A stretch of 64,000 nucleotides of DNA from Podarcis tiliguerta (lineage: Eukaryota), in assembly GCA_965153285.1 (NCBI GenBank), contig OZ229129.1. One strand, given 5' to 3'. The notes below the pieces were generated by a model. That model saw only the letters and a list, made by a program, of their open reading frames with translations. It ran no database searches and had not been told where the DNA came from. Both the position numbers and the translations under genes were made by a program. Of the stretch, positions 46,997 through 58,350 are shown piece after piece. Every line of letters begins with the position of its first letter. Positions within the stretch are counted from its first letter, which is position 1.

Positions 46997-49900
46997 TATA
47001 TTATTTTTAATTATGTTATTACATTTTTTTCACCCAGCTTTTCCCAGAGGTGCTCAAAGTGGCATGCATTATTCTCTATCCCTCCATGCCCATTTAATCT
47101 TCACAGCATCCCTATGAAGTAGGGTAGTCTGAGAAATGGTGACTGGCCCAGGGTCCACCTGTGAGCTTCATGGTGAAGTGGGGAGCCTCAACACCATGCC
47201 ACACTGTCTCGCAGCATATAAAGTAGTGGAGAAGCTTGACCAGGTAGAATGTTGCTAGTCGAATCCAGAGAGCACAGACCAGAAAGCAATGCCCCTGTTG
47301 TATGCAAGTAAACTCCTTGCATTCAACATTAATTTGCAAATGTGCTTATCAGACCAATTTATTCCTTCTGATCAAATGTCTTGATTTCCATGTTGGAAAA
47401 CCCCAGGAAAATCAGTCTCCAAATATGGCAGTGGTCCATTTTAGTCTTATGCCTCGGGGCACATTTGTGAAGTGAAGTGTTTCTCTGTGTGTTTTTGCAT
47501 TGCACTCCCTAGCAATGGAACATAGCTTTAGGTTGGAGAGGTTATTCCTCAGTAAGCTTTGCTGGGAGAAGCCATTTCCCATCCCCCTGTTTTTTATTAA
47601 CTTAATGAATTAACAGAATTCATTTATTCAACAGCCTTTGGCTGAACTATCCTTTCCTGTTCAGAACTTTAGCGTTGATTGCTTGGGGGTGGGGAGAAAG
47701 ACAGACAGACACACAGAGAGAGAGAGAGAGGGAGAGGGAGGGAGAGAGAATATTTCTCAGAGCAATAAGCCGAGAACTTCAGCTTCATCAGTCATGCTGT
47801 GCACCAGTTAATTGCACACAGCCTAGTTGCTCCTCCCCGGGTGCAAGTAGATAAACAAGCCACCTTCACGTGGCATCTAAACCTGGGATTGTGATGTATT
47901 AGGTGAGATTCCTGTATTGCAGGGGGTTGGACTACATGACCCTTGGGTCCCTTCCAACTCTACAATGCTATGAGGTTCTTGCTGTTCAACAAATGAGTCT
48001 GTAGGGGGGAGGGAGAAAGGAAAAGAAAAGAGAATTATGGCAGGTAAACTTGACATGCTGTGACATTGCAAAGGTGATAACTATTACCCCACTTGCCCAA
48101 ATGTCCTTATTGGTATAACACAGTCACCACCTTTAATGCTATCTATTGCGTGTGAAGAATTAATGAGTAGCTTTCTGCCAAATTCAGAGTACAAATTAGG
48201 TGTTAACAGAAGAAGGAAAAGGAAATGCGGAACATGACTATTCTGTGCTTTAAAAAATCAGCCACAGGCAAATGATGTGAGAGCAGTCAATGTTTTAATA
48301 AGGGGATTGCTCCTTTTCCAGAAGCGTTTTTTCTTCTTAAAATGTGAATAGCACTTTTGTTCCCGGGTTTCAAGGTGGACTCATGCAACTTTTCAGTTGC
48401 CATGGTGTTGTCGATTTCTGCCTCAGTGATACTGGTTAGTGATCTCAGACCTTGGCAAATTAGTGCAGGTGATTTGTGGGCAGTTGGCCTGCATCTCAAG
48501 AAGCCTGCTTGATTAACTAAGTGAGGAAATGGGAAAGTTTAAAAGGACATCTAGTGTTCAGCTTTGATTGAAAAGGAGAGATTACATTAAAATGGATGCT
48601 GTTCACTTTGGTGTCTTCACTCTATTAATCACAGGAGATTAATGGTCTATAATTTGCGTCTTGGCTGGCTTCAATGTTGCCTTGAGTCAGTATTACCTGC
48701 AGTGAGGTTTAGTGCTTTTCGCTTTGTTTTTAAACCTTCAGTCACATTCTGGAGATACGGTTTGGAATGTGGGGGTTTAGCCAGTGCTAATTATCTAGAA
48801 AAAGAAGTGCCCGAACTCACTTTGAACGCCTCCCTTGTTCTCTTATTATGGCAATGGTGCCCACCTGAGAGGTGAGTTCCAGCTGAAAAAAAGCCTTGAT
48901 TTATGAGCTGGCTCTTAGGGGCAGAAAGAGTAGCCGGGTACACTTGTCCCAGGCCTTGGAGGGCTAAATTGGCTCAATGGATCCAGTTGTTGATGAGTCA
49001 GTTCAAGGTAGCTTTCTATGTTCCTTTTTATGTTCCTAGGAATCAAAGATTCTGAGGTTGTTAGTTTGGAAGCCGGACTAAAATAACTGTTTACATTATG
49101 ATTTGCTGTAGACTTTTAAATCATCACTTTCAGAGCTGTAATTTTATTTTCAAATCCCCTTTTTTGGGGTGACATATTCCAGATTCTTGCCTGCTACCTC
49201 CTCTCATTGTGATGGGATTATTATAATATATTTTTTAAAAAGAACTCATAAACCACAAACTCTCAAGTAAATCTCATCAAAAACATGTTCCCAGAAGGAT
49301 TAGCACTTTGTCTTACGTGGTGGAAGAAATGAGGGTTATGAAAGGGGTGGGTTTTTTTGGGTTTTTACGAGTATAAGGAGCAGAAGTGCTTTAATTATAC
49401 AGAATAGCTCTACTGCATCTGGAAACATGTCAGGACAGAATAATAAAATATCTATAGGTTAGCTGAACTGTATGTGTTACTGTGAAATATTTGCAACTTT
49501 CAAAAGGTGAGGCAGACTGAGTCATCCTTCAATAACATTTTGTCTGGATGAATTAAAAAATATATAAATCTCTGTTAAATAAAAGCCAAAAGCATGTTCA
49601 TCCCTTAAGAAGGCAATCACAAGGCATCAATCTCAACGTAGCTGCGAATACAGTGATGAGGTTTCCTATGTGTCTAAGTCCAGGTGCATATCCCATGGTC
49701 TCTGCTCTCTCTTCCCTGGATTTATAGGACTGCTTCAAATACAGCAGGGGTGTGGGCAGCCTATGGCCTTCCAGATGTTGTTAAACTACAACTCCCATCA
49801 TCCCCAGTGTGCAGTTCACCATGACTAATTGTCAGGGATGATGGCAGTTGTAGTCCAGCAACCTTTAGAGGGTTCCTTTCCAATCCTGCTTTAAAGTGCT

Positions 49901-50969
49901 CAAAACTTCTGAGTACTCTCTTTCAACTGGAGGCAGTTGAGGATAAGAACTCTGGGTGGGAGGAGAGTGAATCCATGTTGTGAGGGGTGGGACAGTGGAT
50001 TTTGGGAACAGGGGGCAATGCTGACTCTCTCAGTCTCCATTTGACTGATGGCTCCAGGGTCTGTCTCAGGGAAGGAAGAAAAATAATAAGAGGATTATGT
50101 ACATCCCTTCCATAGGAGCTAAGAGAAAAATCTGAGTGTGGTGGTGACATAGGGGCTTTATGGCTTGCTTCAAGGCTCCCTCTGAGATGGGTTATTGGTA
50201 AACAAAAATAATACACTATCTTAAGGTCTCACCTGGCTGGTATTTTGTGTGTGTGTGTGTGTGTATGTGTGCGTGCGCGCATTTTGCAACATGTCAATAA
50301 CAATGCATTAGTGGTGAATTTATACTCTACTGTCCATACTCTGTTCAATTTTTTTAGTTGTTCAGTGGTGGTTCCCTAATTAGATCACATTATTTTCATC
50401 TGGGAAGCTGGGACTCTTGCAGTATAGCACATTGTGTGCAGGACAAACAACCACACCTGGAAAATGTATGGCACGAAAAGTTACAGAATTTCAGCAGGAA
50501 GATATAGGACATGCACTGTCCAGAAACAAAGCAGTATCTCTGCCCTTAAGCCTTTGCAGACAGAACACAATACCGATGCAAAAAAGTGCTCCAATATCAT
50601 CAGGAGCACAAATAATCAGGAATGTGCTCTTCTTAGTTCCTTCTGGAAATTAGCTTGTAAGGATGCTTTAGAAACTGTCTGTCCACAGCTTGCGCCTGAG
50701 CCAGTATTAGCCCTGCTATTGATGGAAAGTGATAGTAATCCAGATATTGTTCATATCAAGTTAGTGGCATTTTTATTGGTTGCTGCATAGATTGAAATCT
50801 GAGCTAAATGGAAAACAGGAGCTGGGCTTAGGTTGAGCAATTGGTTAACTAGAGTCTGGGAAATAGTGTCGTCGCAGATTCTCACGCATCACAGTAGGTT
50901 GGTAAGGGGTCAAACCAAAAAGGACAGATGTGAGGCATTGTGGTTCTTACTTAACTTCTAGATTAATAA

Positions 50970-51199
50970 AGAAGATTCCACCTAAACATTAGGAAGAACT
51001 TCCTGACAGTAAGAGCTGTTCGACAGTGGAATTTGCTGCCAAGGAGTGTGGTGGAGTCTCCTTCTTTGGAGGTCTTTAAGCAGAGGCTTGACAACCATAT
51101 GTCAGGAGTGCTCTGATGGTGTTTCCTGCTTGGCAGGGGTTGGACTCGATGGCCCTTGTGGTCTCTTCCAACTCTATGATTCTATTCTATGATTCTATG
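50970..51199 (+). mobile_element. Young CR1 LINE 3' end
   Basis: [41 protein letters not shown], then 3' UTR and (ATTCTATG)n tail. Confidence 0.92.
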
Positions 51200-51263
51200 A
51201 AATGTGTTGCCTCTATTAAATCTCCAGTAACGCGTTACTTTTGGGGGCGGTGTCTTTTGCTGC

Positions 51264-51468
51264 CAGGGCTGGTCCAGCCATTAGGCGGGGTGAAGCCACA
51301 CTCAGGGGGCGTCCTGCTGTCAATTTCTGGCAAGATCTCAGCAAGATATCACCAGAAATTGGCACCAGTGTTGGCGCTGCTTCTCTGGAGGCGGCAGCGG
51401 CAATAGTGGCAGTTCAGCTTCGTACTACTTACTTCACCTCAAGCAGCAAAACAGGACATACTGCCCTA
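51264..51468. mobile_element. hAT (Tip100-like) non-autonomous element
   Basis: cagggctgg...ctgcccta ends, TSD tttgctgc/cctgctgc, internal palindrome caatttctgg...ccagaaattg. Confidence 0.65.
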
Positions 51469-51497
51469 CCTGCTGCAACCGTGTATTGCACAATGTA

Positions 51498-51723
51498 CAG
51501 TGGTACCTCGGGTTACATACACTTCAGGTTACAGACTCTGCTAACCCAGAAATAGTACCTCGGGTTAAGAACTTTGCTTCAGGATGAGAACAGAAATCGT
51601 GCAGCAGTGGCGCAGCAGCAGCAGGAGGCCCTGTTAGCTAAAGTGGTACCTCAGGTTAAGAACAGTTTCAGGTTAAGAACGGACCTCCAGAACGAATTAA
51701 GTACTTAACCTGAGGTGCCACTG
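51498..51723 (-). mobile_element. Tc1/mariner MITE, family A
   Basis: TA-cagtggtacctcgggtta...taacctgaggtgccactg-TA. Confidence 0.9.
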
Positions 51724-52018
51724 TAATGGTTTTACACTGGAATGACTGTGCTTCACTTTTTGTTTTGTTGCCATTGTATGTTTATTAAAATCAAAATGAA
51801 AAACTGTATATTTAAAAAAAAAAAAAGAATAAAAGGTATAGCCGGTGGAGCCCTTACTCGAGCTTTGCTTCCCATTGCTTAGCATTGAGAGTTAACACAT
51901 GAGTAGGAGCTCTGTATAGTTTTGCGTGGTGTGCATTGGTGACCATAGTTTGCTTTTTTGCTTTTGGGCTTGCTAGAATAAAATAAGAAAGAGAGTTCTT
52001 ATAAATAAGAATAAGAAT

Positions 52019-52020
<2 letters not shown>

Positions 52021-52049
<29 letters not shown>

Positions 52050-52054
52050 TAATA
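52021..52054. repeat. (AAT)n microsatellite
   Basis: ataataataataataataataat... read directly. Confidence 0.9.
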
Positions 52055-53139
52055 AAAATAACAAAGAGAGTTCTTTTTCTAAGCCGTGGAGCTCCCCACC
52101 CCCAATTCTTCATTTCTTTTCCATGCTCCCAGCAAATAACTGGCTTTGCCTTCCCAGAAAAGATCTGTGCCATTTGCCTTTCCAAAACATGCAGACTTTC
52201 ATAGTAACGCAAGATCACACACTACTGATCGTTAGGCTATTTGTAAATAAGCAAGTGTGCCCCTTGCAGCTTTATTCTGCTTTTCTGCCCTTTTTTGGTT
52301 CTCCCATTAGCGTCACGGCTGAAATGTAGCTTGCATGAGATTTAATCTGTATGCCTTTTCCTCTTGCAAATGCACTCGTCCCAGCAAAAGAACGCATCAG
52401 GCTACACCTATTCTGTGCTGTTTAGTAAGAAATAAATCTTGCAAAAGAATTCTGACTTTCCCCACTTCCAGACAGGTAAGATTATCTCTAGCAGATGCAG
52501 ATGGCAGATGCGAGCAACATCCAATGAAAAGTGATCTGCCCCGCTCTCATTGTCCCTAATAAATTAAATTAGGTACAAGTATTTCAATAAACATAGGATT
52601 ATGTAAAGGAGTTAATGAAGCCTCTCTAGACATCTTGTATCTGATTTTCCCCCCACCCTGCTTGCTTTAGGTGCCTTGCCAACAGCAAATTCCATTCCAG
52701 TTCTGCTTTAGTGAGCTTCTCAGGATGGACCCTTTGCATGGGGTTCAGGTCCACCCTGCACCACCCCAACCCCAGGGCGGTGAGAATGGAAATGAAGGCT
52801 GCAAATATTCCAGCAGTAGCCATAGAGAGAGGGTGTTGATGAACTGCAGCTCCATTCATCCCTAGTATGCATAGTTGATGGTCAGGGAGGAAGTGAGCTG
52901 CAATTTAGCAATATCTGGAGCATCGGAGGTTCCATACACCTTTTTTATTTGCTGCATCCACTTTCTGCCTAGCAGGCCCCCCCCCCCTCCTATTATCACC
53001 ACAAGAGCCCTGTGCAGTAGGTTAAACTAGAAGTTGGTGACTGGCCCAAAGTTTTCAAGGGAGTTTCACGGCTGACTGAGGATTTGAACCATATTCTCTC
53101 ACTTTGTAGTCTGCATTGCAGTGGTTTGGACCAGGTGAA

Positions 53140-53490
53140 CTTTGAGGTACCCCACAGTTCATCTAGTCTAAACGACTGCAATGCAGGAATCTCAACCAGG
53201 CAAGACAGATGTTTAAAAATCTCCAGGAAGGGAGAGTCTACCACCTTTCCTGGGAGTCTGTTCCACTATCAAACAGCTCTCACTGTCAGAAACTTCTTCC
53301 TGTTGTTTAGTCAGAATCTCCTTTCTTGTAACTTGCAGGAGCATCACGCTGTTGACTCATGTTAAGCTTGATTCATGTTAAGGGGTCTTCTAAGACCCCC
53401 AATGTCATTTTCACATGTGCAGCTTGACAAGACAGGTATCCCCCATCTTACCTTTGTATAGTTGGTTCTTCCTGCCTAAGTGTAGAATCT
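53140..53490 (-). mobile_element. Older CR1 LINE fragments
   Basis: The - strand reads VDSPFLEIFK and carries aagaagtttctgacagtgagagctgtt, homologous to the young CR1 copies but diverged. Confidence 0.75.
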
Positions 53491-54409
53491 GACACACACA
53501 CAGTATATATATATAATGCATGTTTATAGGGGGGGGAAACAGTGAAAGAGCATTAACATCTATTAACATCTATTATAACGTATTGGTAATTTGTTTTATT
53601 GTTTTTTCCCCTATTATCCACTCTTCACCCTCAGGTCCCAGCGTAGGTTACAATAATTTAAAATTCAACATTAAAAACATACAGTTACAGAATACAATTG
53701 CACCACATAACATCACCTCTTTCTATAGCCCCCACACCTCCCCAAATAACAAAGCTTCTCTGGGCTCAAAAAGCAGAAACATTTTTTTAAAAAATAGGAT
53801 ATCTGAACAGTAAAAATGATAACAGATTAATTACAAGCAAAACTGCAGGAAAATTAAAAGAGGATTTGAAACTCAGTTTGTAGCAGTGTTGCCAGGCATT
53901 GTTGTATCAGATGCCATGGACTTGAGTCCACAAAAGTTGATGCCAGAATAAATGGGTTAGTGGAAGTCCATAAGCTGCAACCCGACTCTTCAATGTTTTT
54001 GCCAGACCAGGGAGAATTCATGTATGCCTCTGAGAACAAAGAGTCTCCCATTGATAATTGCCTCTCCTCTTACTAGTGTAACTGCTTGCATATTGTCCCA
54101 AGGGAGGAGATGCATCCCCCCAGAAGAGGGGGAAAGCTTATGCTAATTTGCATCTACCTTTGCAAATATACAGATATACACTGCAGTGGAACTCTGTTCC
54201 TCATATGCTTTTGCTTATTTCATTTGTGAATTGCTTCTCCCAAGGAAGCAGTTTACACTAAAAAAGGATGCACATATATGTGGAACATTTGCACATATAA
54301 AAGCAAGTATACATATAAAACAATTGAGGACAACAACTCATTTATAAAATCAATTCAAAGCTCAATGCATTTGGACTAGATGACCCTCCCAGCTCTATGT
54401 TTCTGTGAT

Positions 54410-54622
54410 CTAGAATCATAGAATCATAGAGTTGGAAGAGACCACAAGGGCCATGGAGTCCAACCCCCTGCCAAGCAGGAAACACCATCAGAGCACTCCT
54501 GTCATATGGTTGTCAAGCCTCTGCTTAAAGACCTCCAAAGAAGGAGACTCCACCACACTCCTTGGCAGCAAATTCCACTGTCAAACAGCTCTTACTGTCA
54601 GGAAGTTCTTCCTAATGTTTAG
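54410..54622 (-). mobile_element. Young CR1 LINE 3' end
   Basis: Reverse complement of 50982-51199 with about 4 differences; tagaatcatagaatcatag tail. Confidence 0.92.
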
Positions 54623-54701
54623 CATGATAGCAGAAGATAATGGATGATGGATTTTTAAAAAATCTCCACTTATAAAAGGCTTGTTGAAAGAGAAACATGT
54701 A

Positions 54702-54798
54702 CAGTTGTACCTCAGGTTAAGAACTTAATTCGTTCCGAAGGTCTGTTCTTAACCTGAAGCACCGCTTTAGCTAATGGGGCTTCCTGCTGCCATTAGCT
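54702..54798 (+). mobile_element. Truncated family A MITE (left end only)
   Basis: TA-cagttgtacctcaggttaagaacttaattcgttcc...; no right TIR. Confidence 0.8.
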
Positions 54799-57143
54799 GG
54801 GGAGTGGACGGGTGGGCAAGCTCCTAGCTACTCTGAGCCAGAGTGGAGAGGGGTGATTCTTGCTTCTTCTTGGGCCTGGGCCCTTGGCTCCCTGATTATA
54901 ACCAAGAAAACTAATACAATGGTCTCCACACCTGAATGCCCTCTCTGTTTGCCAAGAACATCTATTTCAGCCAACCAGAATTAGCTCTCCATCTCATAGT
55001 CCTATGATGGCTCTAGGAGGTGACTGCATAAGTTTGTATTTAGATAAGCTATAATTAATGTGGACTTTCAGCTGCCTTTAGTTGGTTTCATCTGCTGGCA
55101 ATGAAGAACACAAGCTTTTAAAAATAACAGGAAGAAATGACTCGGTCAGGTTTGCTCTTATTTAATCTAATGTGCCATTAGGGAGAAAAGTGGGACAACT
55201 TTTATCTAGATTTCATACACAAAGCTGAAAATGTGGGTTGATTCCTCTGGGGCATATTCCTTAGTAATCAAAACTCTACCTTCACCCTGGCTCCACCCTG
55301 TCTGCATCTGACGTGTATAACTGTCCTAATTTAGAAACTTAATCTGAGGCTGGGTTATTGCAGTAATTTGAAGAGACATAGCTACACCCTTTTGGTGATG
55401 GATACCGTTAGCTGCTGTCGTATAAATGGAAGTATATTGCTGTCCTGTATTAATGACCTCTTATTTTTTTACTCAAGTTCAGATACATTGATTTATTCTA
55501 ACAGAAGAGGAGAGTAAAGTATCGGTAATCTCACTTCACCATTGTGAGCTCTTCTGTAAAGCTGAAAAATCGCTTATTTGTTTATATTAAATTTCTATAC
55601 TACCTTTCATCCAAGGATTGTAGGGCAGTTTTACAGATACATAATTTATGTAGCAAATGGAGGAGGTGGCATCTTAACACCTTTAACTTGGTGAGCTGAA
55701 ATTTGAACACAGGGATGGGATCTGAAATGGTAGTGACTGACTGGGAACAAGACCTTGCTTGGGGTTGTGGTGGACAGCTCAGTGAAAATGATGAGTTCTG
55801 GGCCGGGGTTATTAGGGAAGGGACTTAAAATGAAACTTTCACTATCCCACTTGAAGTACTGTAGACAGTTCTAGTCATCTCACCCCTGAAAATGAATATT
55901 GAAGAGCTGAAAATGGTTCCAGGGGATGGAGCAACCTTTCTATTTAATTTTGTTTATTTAACAAAATTTATACGCTGCTTTCTAGAACAAACATCTGTAA
56001 GTGCTTGACAAGAGATAGTTGAAAATATTCACTTAACGAAATGATTGGTGCTGAAATTCTGAATCCAGTAATTCACATGGTTTTAGAAAAGTGTAGAGAC
56101 AGCTTGGCTGAGCTACAGGACGACGTGTTTGGCATGCTGTGTGGACCAAGCCCCCTTTCTGCTCTACTTCACCAAAGTGCAGAGAATTACACCTCTTCCT
56201 CATTGGTGAGGATGCCAGATAACAGGGACTAACCTGTCACTTTTGGTGGGACTGCATCGAGGTACAAAAACTGTGGGCTATGGTATTCCATGAAATTGGT
56301 GCAATCGCAGGCCCTCCTGCATATTTTTGAGGAGGAAGAGGTGGGTTTGTACTGTAAAGAGATGAACATTCATTTGCTTATGGTGGCACAAGTGACTGTG
56401 ACCCAGTGTTGGAGGAATCTAGCAGAAGCCATTCTGGTATACTAAGGTATGGGAAATTGTTTTTTAAGAAAAACTAGCTCATAGACTAAGGATATAAAGA
56501 GGTCAAAATAAAAGAGACACATTTGTTTTTGTTTTTTACATTTTTATAGTGTATGTTAAAGATAAAGAACACAAGTCACCTTCAGTTTTCAGATGGATTG
56601 TTCAATTAATTGTTCAATTCAATTATTAAACACTTTATAGAAATTCTTTATAGAAATGCATTTCTGTTTATTCTCTCTTTCCTCTACAGAATAAAGGGAT
56701 AATTTTATCTTAATATTAATATCCTTGTGTTTTGTACTTTGTGACTAACACTTGTCTCCTTTTTTTAACAGTACTGTTTCGGTATTTCTCTGCACTAGAA
56801 AATGTGTACATTGTTTTGTTTTGTGTTTCATTTTTCATGTTGAACTAATAGAAATTGTGCTAATTTGTATTCTCTGTTTCTGTCATTAAAACCAATTAAA
56901 AATGATAATTAAAATAATTTTAAATACCATTAAATTTTTTAAAAAAGAAATTGAAGATCAGAAATATAAAATCTGATTACTAATTTTAAAACCACATATA
57001 CATACTAAAATCATGTTTCCTGAGAGGAAAGATTACAACATTTTGGGCTTTTTACTTTAGAGAAAATGAAGGTAAGAGAGAACGTCTACTCTGGACATTA
57101 AGTTCAAGTCCTCTGGAGAGGCAGCAGGAGTTGACACTCTTTC

Positions 57144-57470
57144 CAGGGTCGGTGCAAGTTCTTCAGCTGTCTGAGATGAAGGACAAGATGCTGCGTTTCC
57201 TACATTCCAGGCAACCAGATGGAGAGTGGTATTCAGCTAGTTTTTGTCAAAGTAGATATTAATATCAATTAGTCTCCTTTGGCAAAAACGAGCAGAAAAT
57301 CACCCTTGCTGTATTCAAGCAAGGCAATGGAACAGTTTCCTCTACAGGACAATGATGGCAGCAGTCTATTTTAGTGGGCACATGACAGGCTGTGGGGCAC
57401 ATAATCTAATCCCTACTCTTCAGCGTCCCCCACCTCACACTCACGTTGTCTAATGATAGGGTCAGCTCTG
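57144..57470. mobile_element. Old hAT (Tip100-like) element
   Basis: cagggtcggt...gggtcagctctg ends; TSD actctttc/gctctttt (6 of 8 match). Confidence 0.6.
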
Positions 57471-57515
57471 GCTCTTTTGGGATTCCCACTCATTCCAGTA
57501 GGTCTTATGTGGAAG

Positions 57516-57684
57516 CAGTGGCGTAGCGTGGGGGGTGCAGGGGGGGCCGGCCGCACCGGGCGCAACATTTGGGGGTTAGGGTTAGGGGGCGCAAATCCAC
57601 GGGTTAGGGGGCGAAAATCCACCGGCTAGGGGGCGAAAATTACTTGCCTTGCCCCGGGTGCTGACAACCCACGCTACGCCACTG
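57516..57684. mobile_element. Very young hAT MITE with TTAGGG-containing subrepeats
   Basis: Perfect 17-bp TIR cagtggcgtagcgtggg / cccacgctacgccactg, perfect 8-bp TSD tgtggaag, CpGs intact. Confidence 0.92.
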
Positions 57685-58195
57685 TGTGGAAGGGAACTTT
57701 TTGAAGGTAGGTGCCCTTGGGGACATTCAAAAGGAGCTGCCTTTTTCAGTTGTGCAACAAGCTCTGGTGCTGTGTATTAACCTCTCCAGACTTAAGTTGC
57801 ATGCATTCTAATTATGAATAATAATAAAAATATTCTATAATCCTATAAACCTCCTATTACACAACCTCAGCCTTAGTGTGAAATCCAATAGCCTTGGCTC
57901 TGTTGGATGGCATGTTTGGAATCTCAGGCTGTTTATACTGCGCTATTGACAGTTTGATAAACTAAAGGTAGCCCTGCACTGATCTAGTTTTCAATTTTGT
58001 GTGTTGTCTATGTGTTTGTGTTTGTATTTGTTTGTATCAGTGTTGTGTTTTGTTCTATAAGACTGTTTTTCCACCCAAATGCCTTCAGCAGCTTGGGCTA
58101 CCTCTACCTGATAACACCCTTTTGTGTTTCATTCAACGTTTTTCTCATCTGAGCTAAACCAATAACTCCCCTTAGTTATCTAAGGGTAACTATGG

Positions 58196-58350
58196 AGGGA
58201 GGCCCTTAGATCAGTGGTAGAATGTCTGCTTTGCATGCATAAGGTTCCTGGTTCAATCCCAGGCACCTCCACATGGGGCTGAGAATGTCTCCTGCCTGAA
58301 ACCCTAGAGAGCTGCTGATAATCAGAGTCGACAGTACTGAGCTGAGATAT
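58196..58350 (+). mobile_element. tRNA(Ala)-derived SINE (Squam3-like)
   Basis: tRNA-like head tagatcagtggtagaatgtctgctttgcatgcataaggttcctggttcaatccc followed by the SINE body cctgcctgaaaccctagagagctgctg. Confidence 0.75.

Noticed and set aside
4400-52987. Scattered poly-G/poly-C runs of 11-15 nt
   Set aside because: Simple homopolymers with no shared context; their lengths may also be unreliable in the assembly.
33670-55830. C/D-box snoRNA candidates at RTGATGA words (~33680, 39351, 40122, 49653, 55788)
   Set aside because: No suitably placed CTGA D box with a terminal stem was seen.
57571-57640. True interstitial telomere or chromosome fusion scar
   Set aside because: Only two adjacent TTAGGG units, enclosed by TIRs and a TSD, so it arrived as part of a MITE.
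58198-58272. tRNA-Ala(TGC)-like gene
   Set aside because: The acceptor stem is broken and it runs directly into a SINE body found many times in the window; it is a SINE head.
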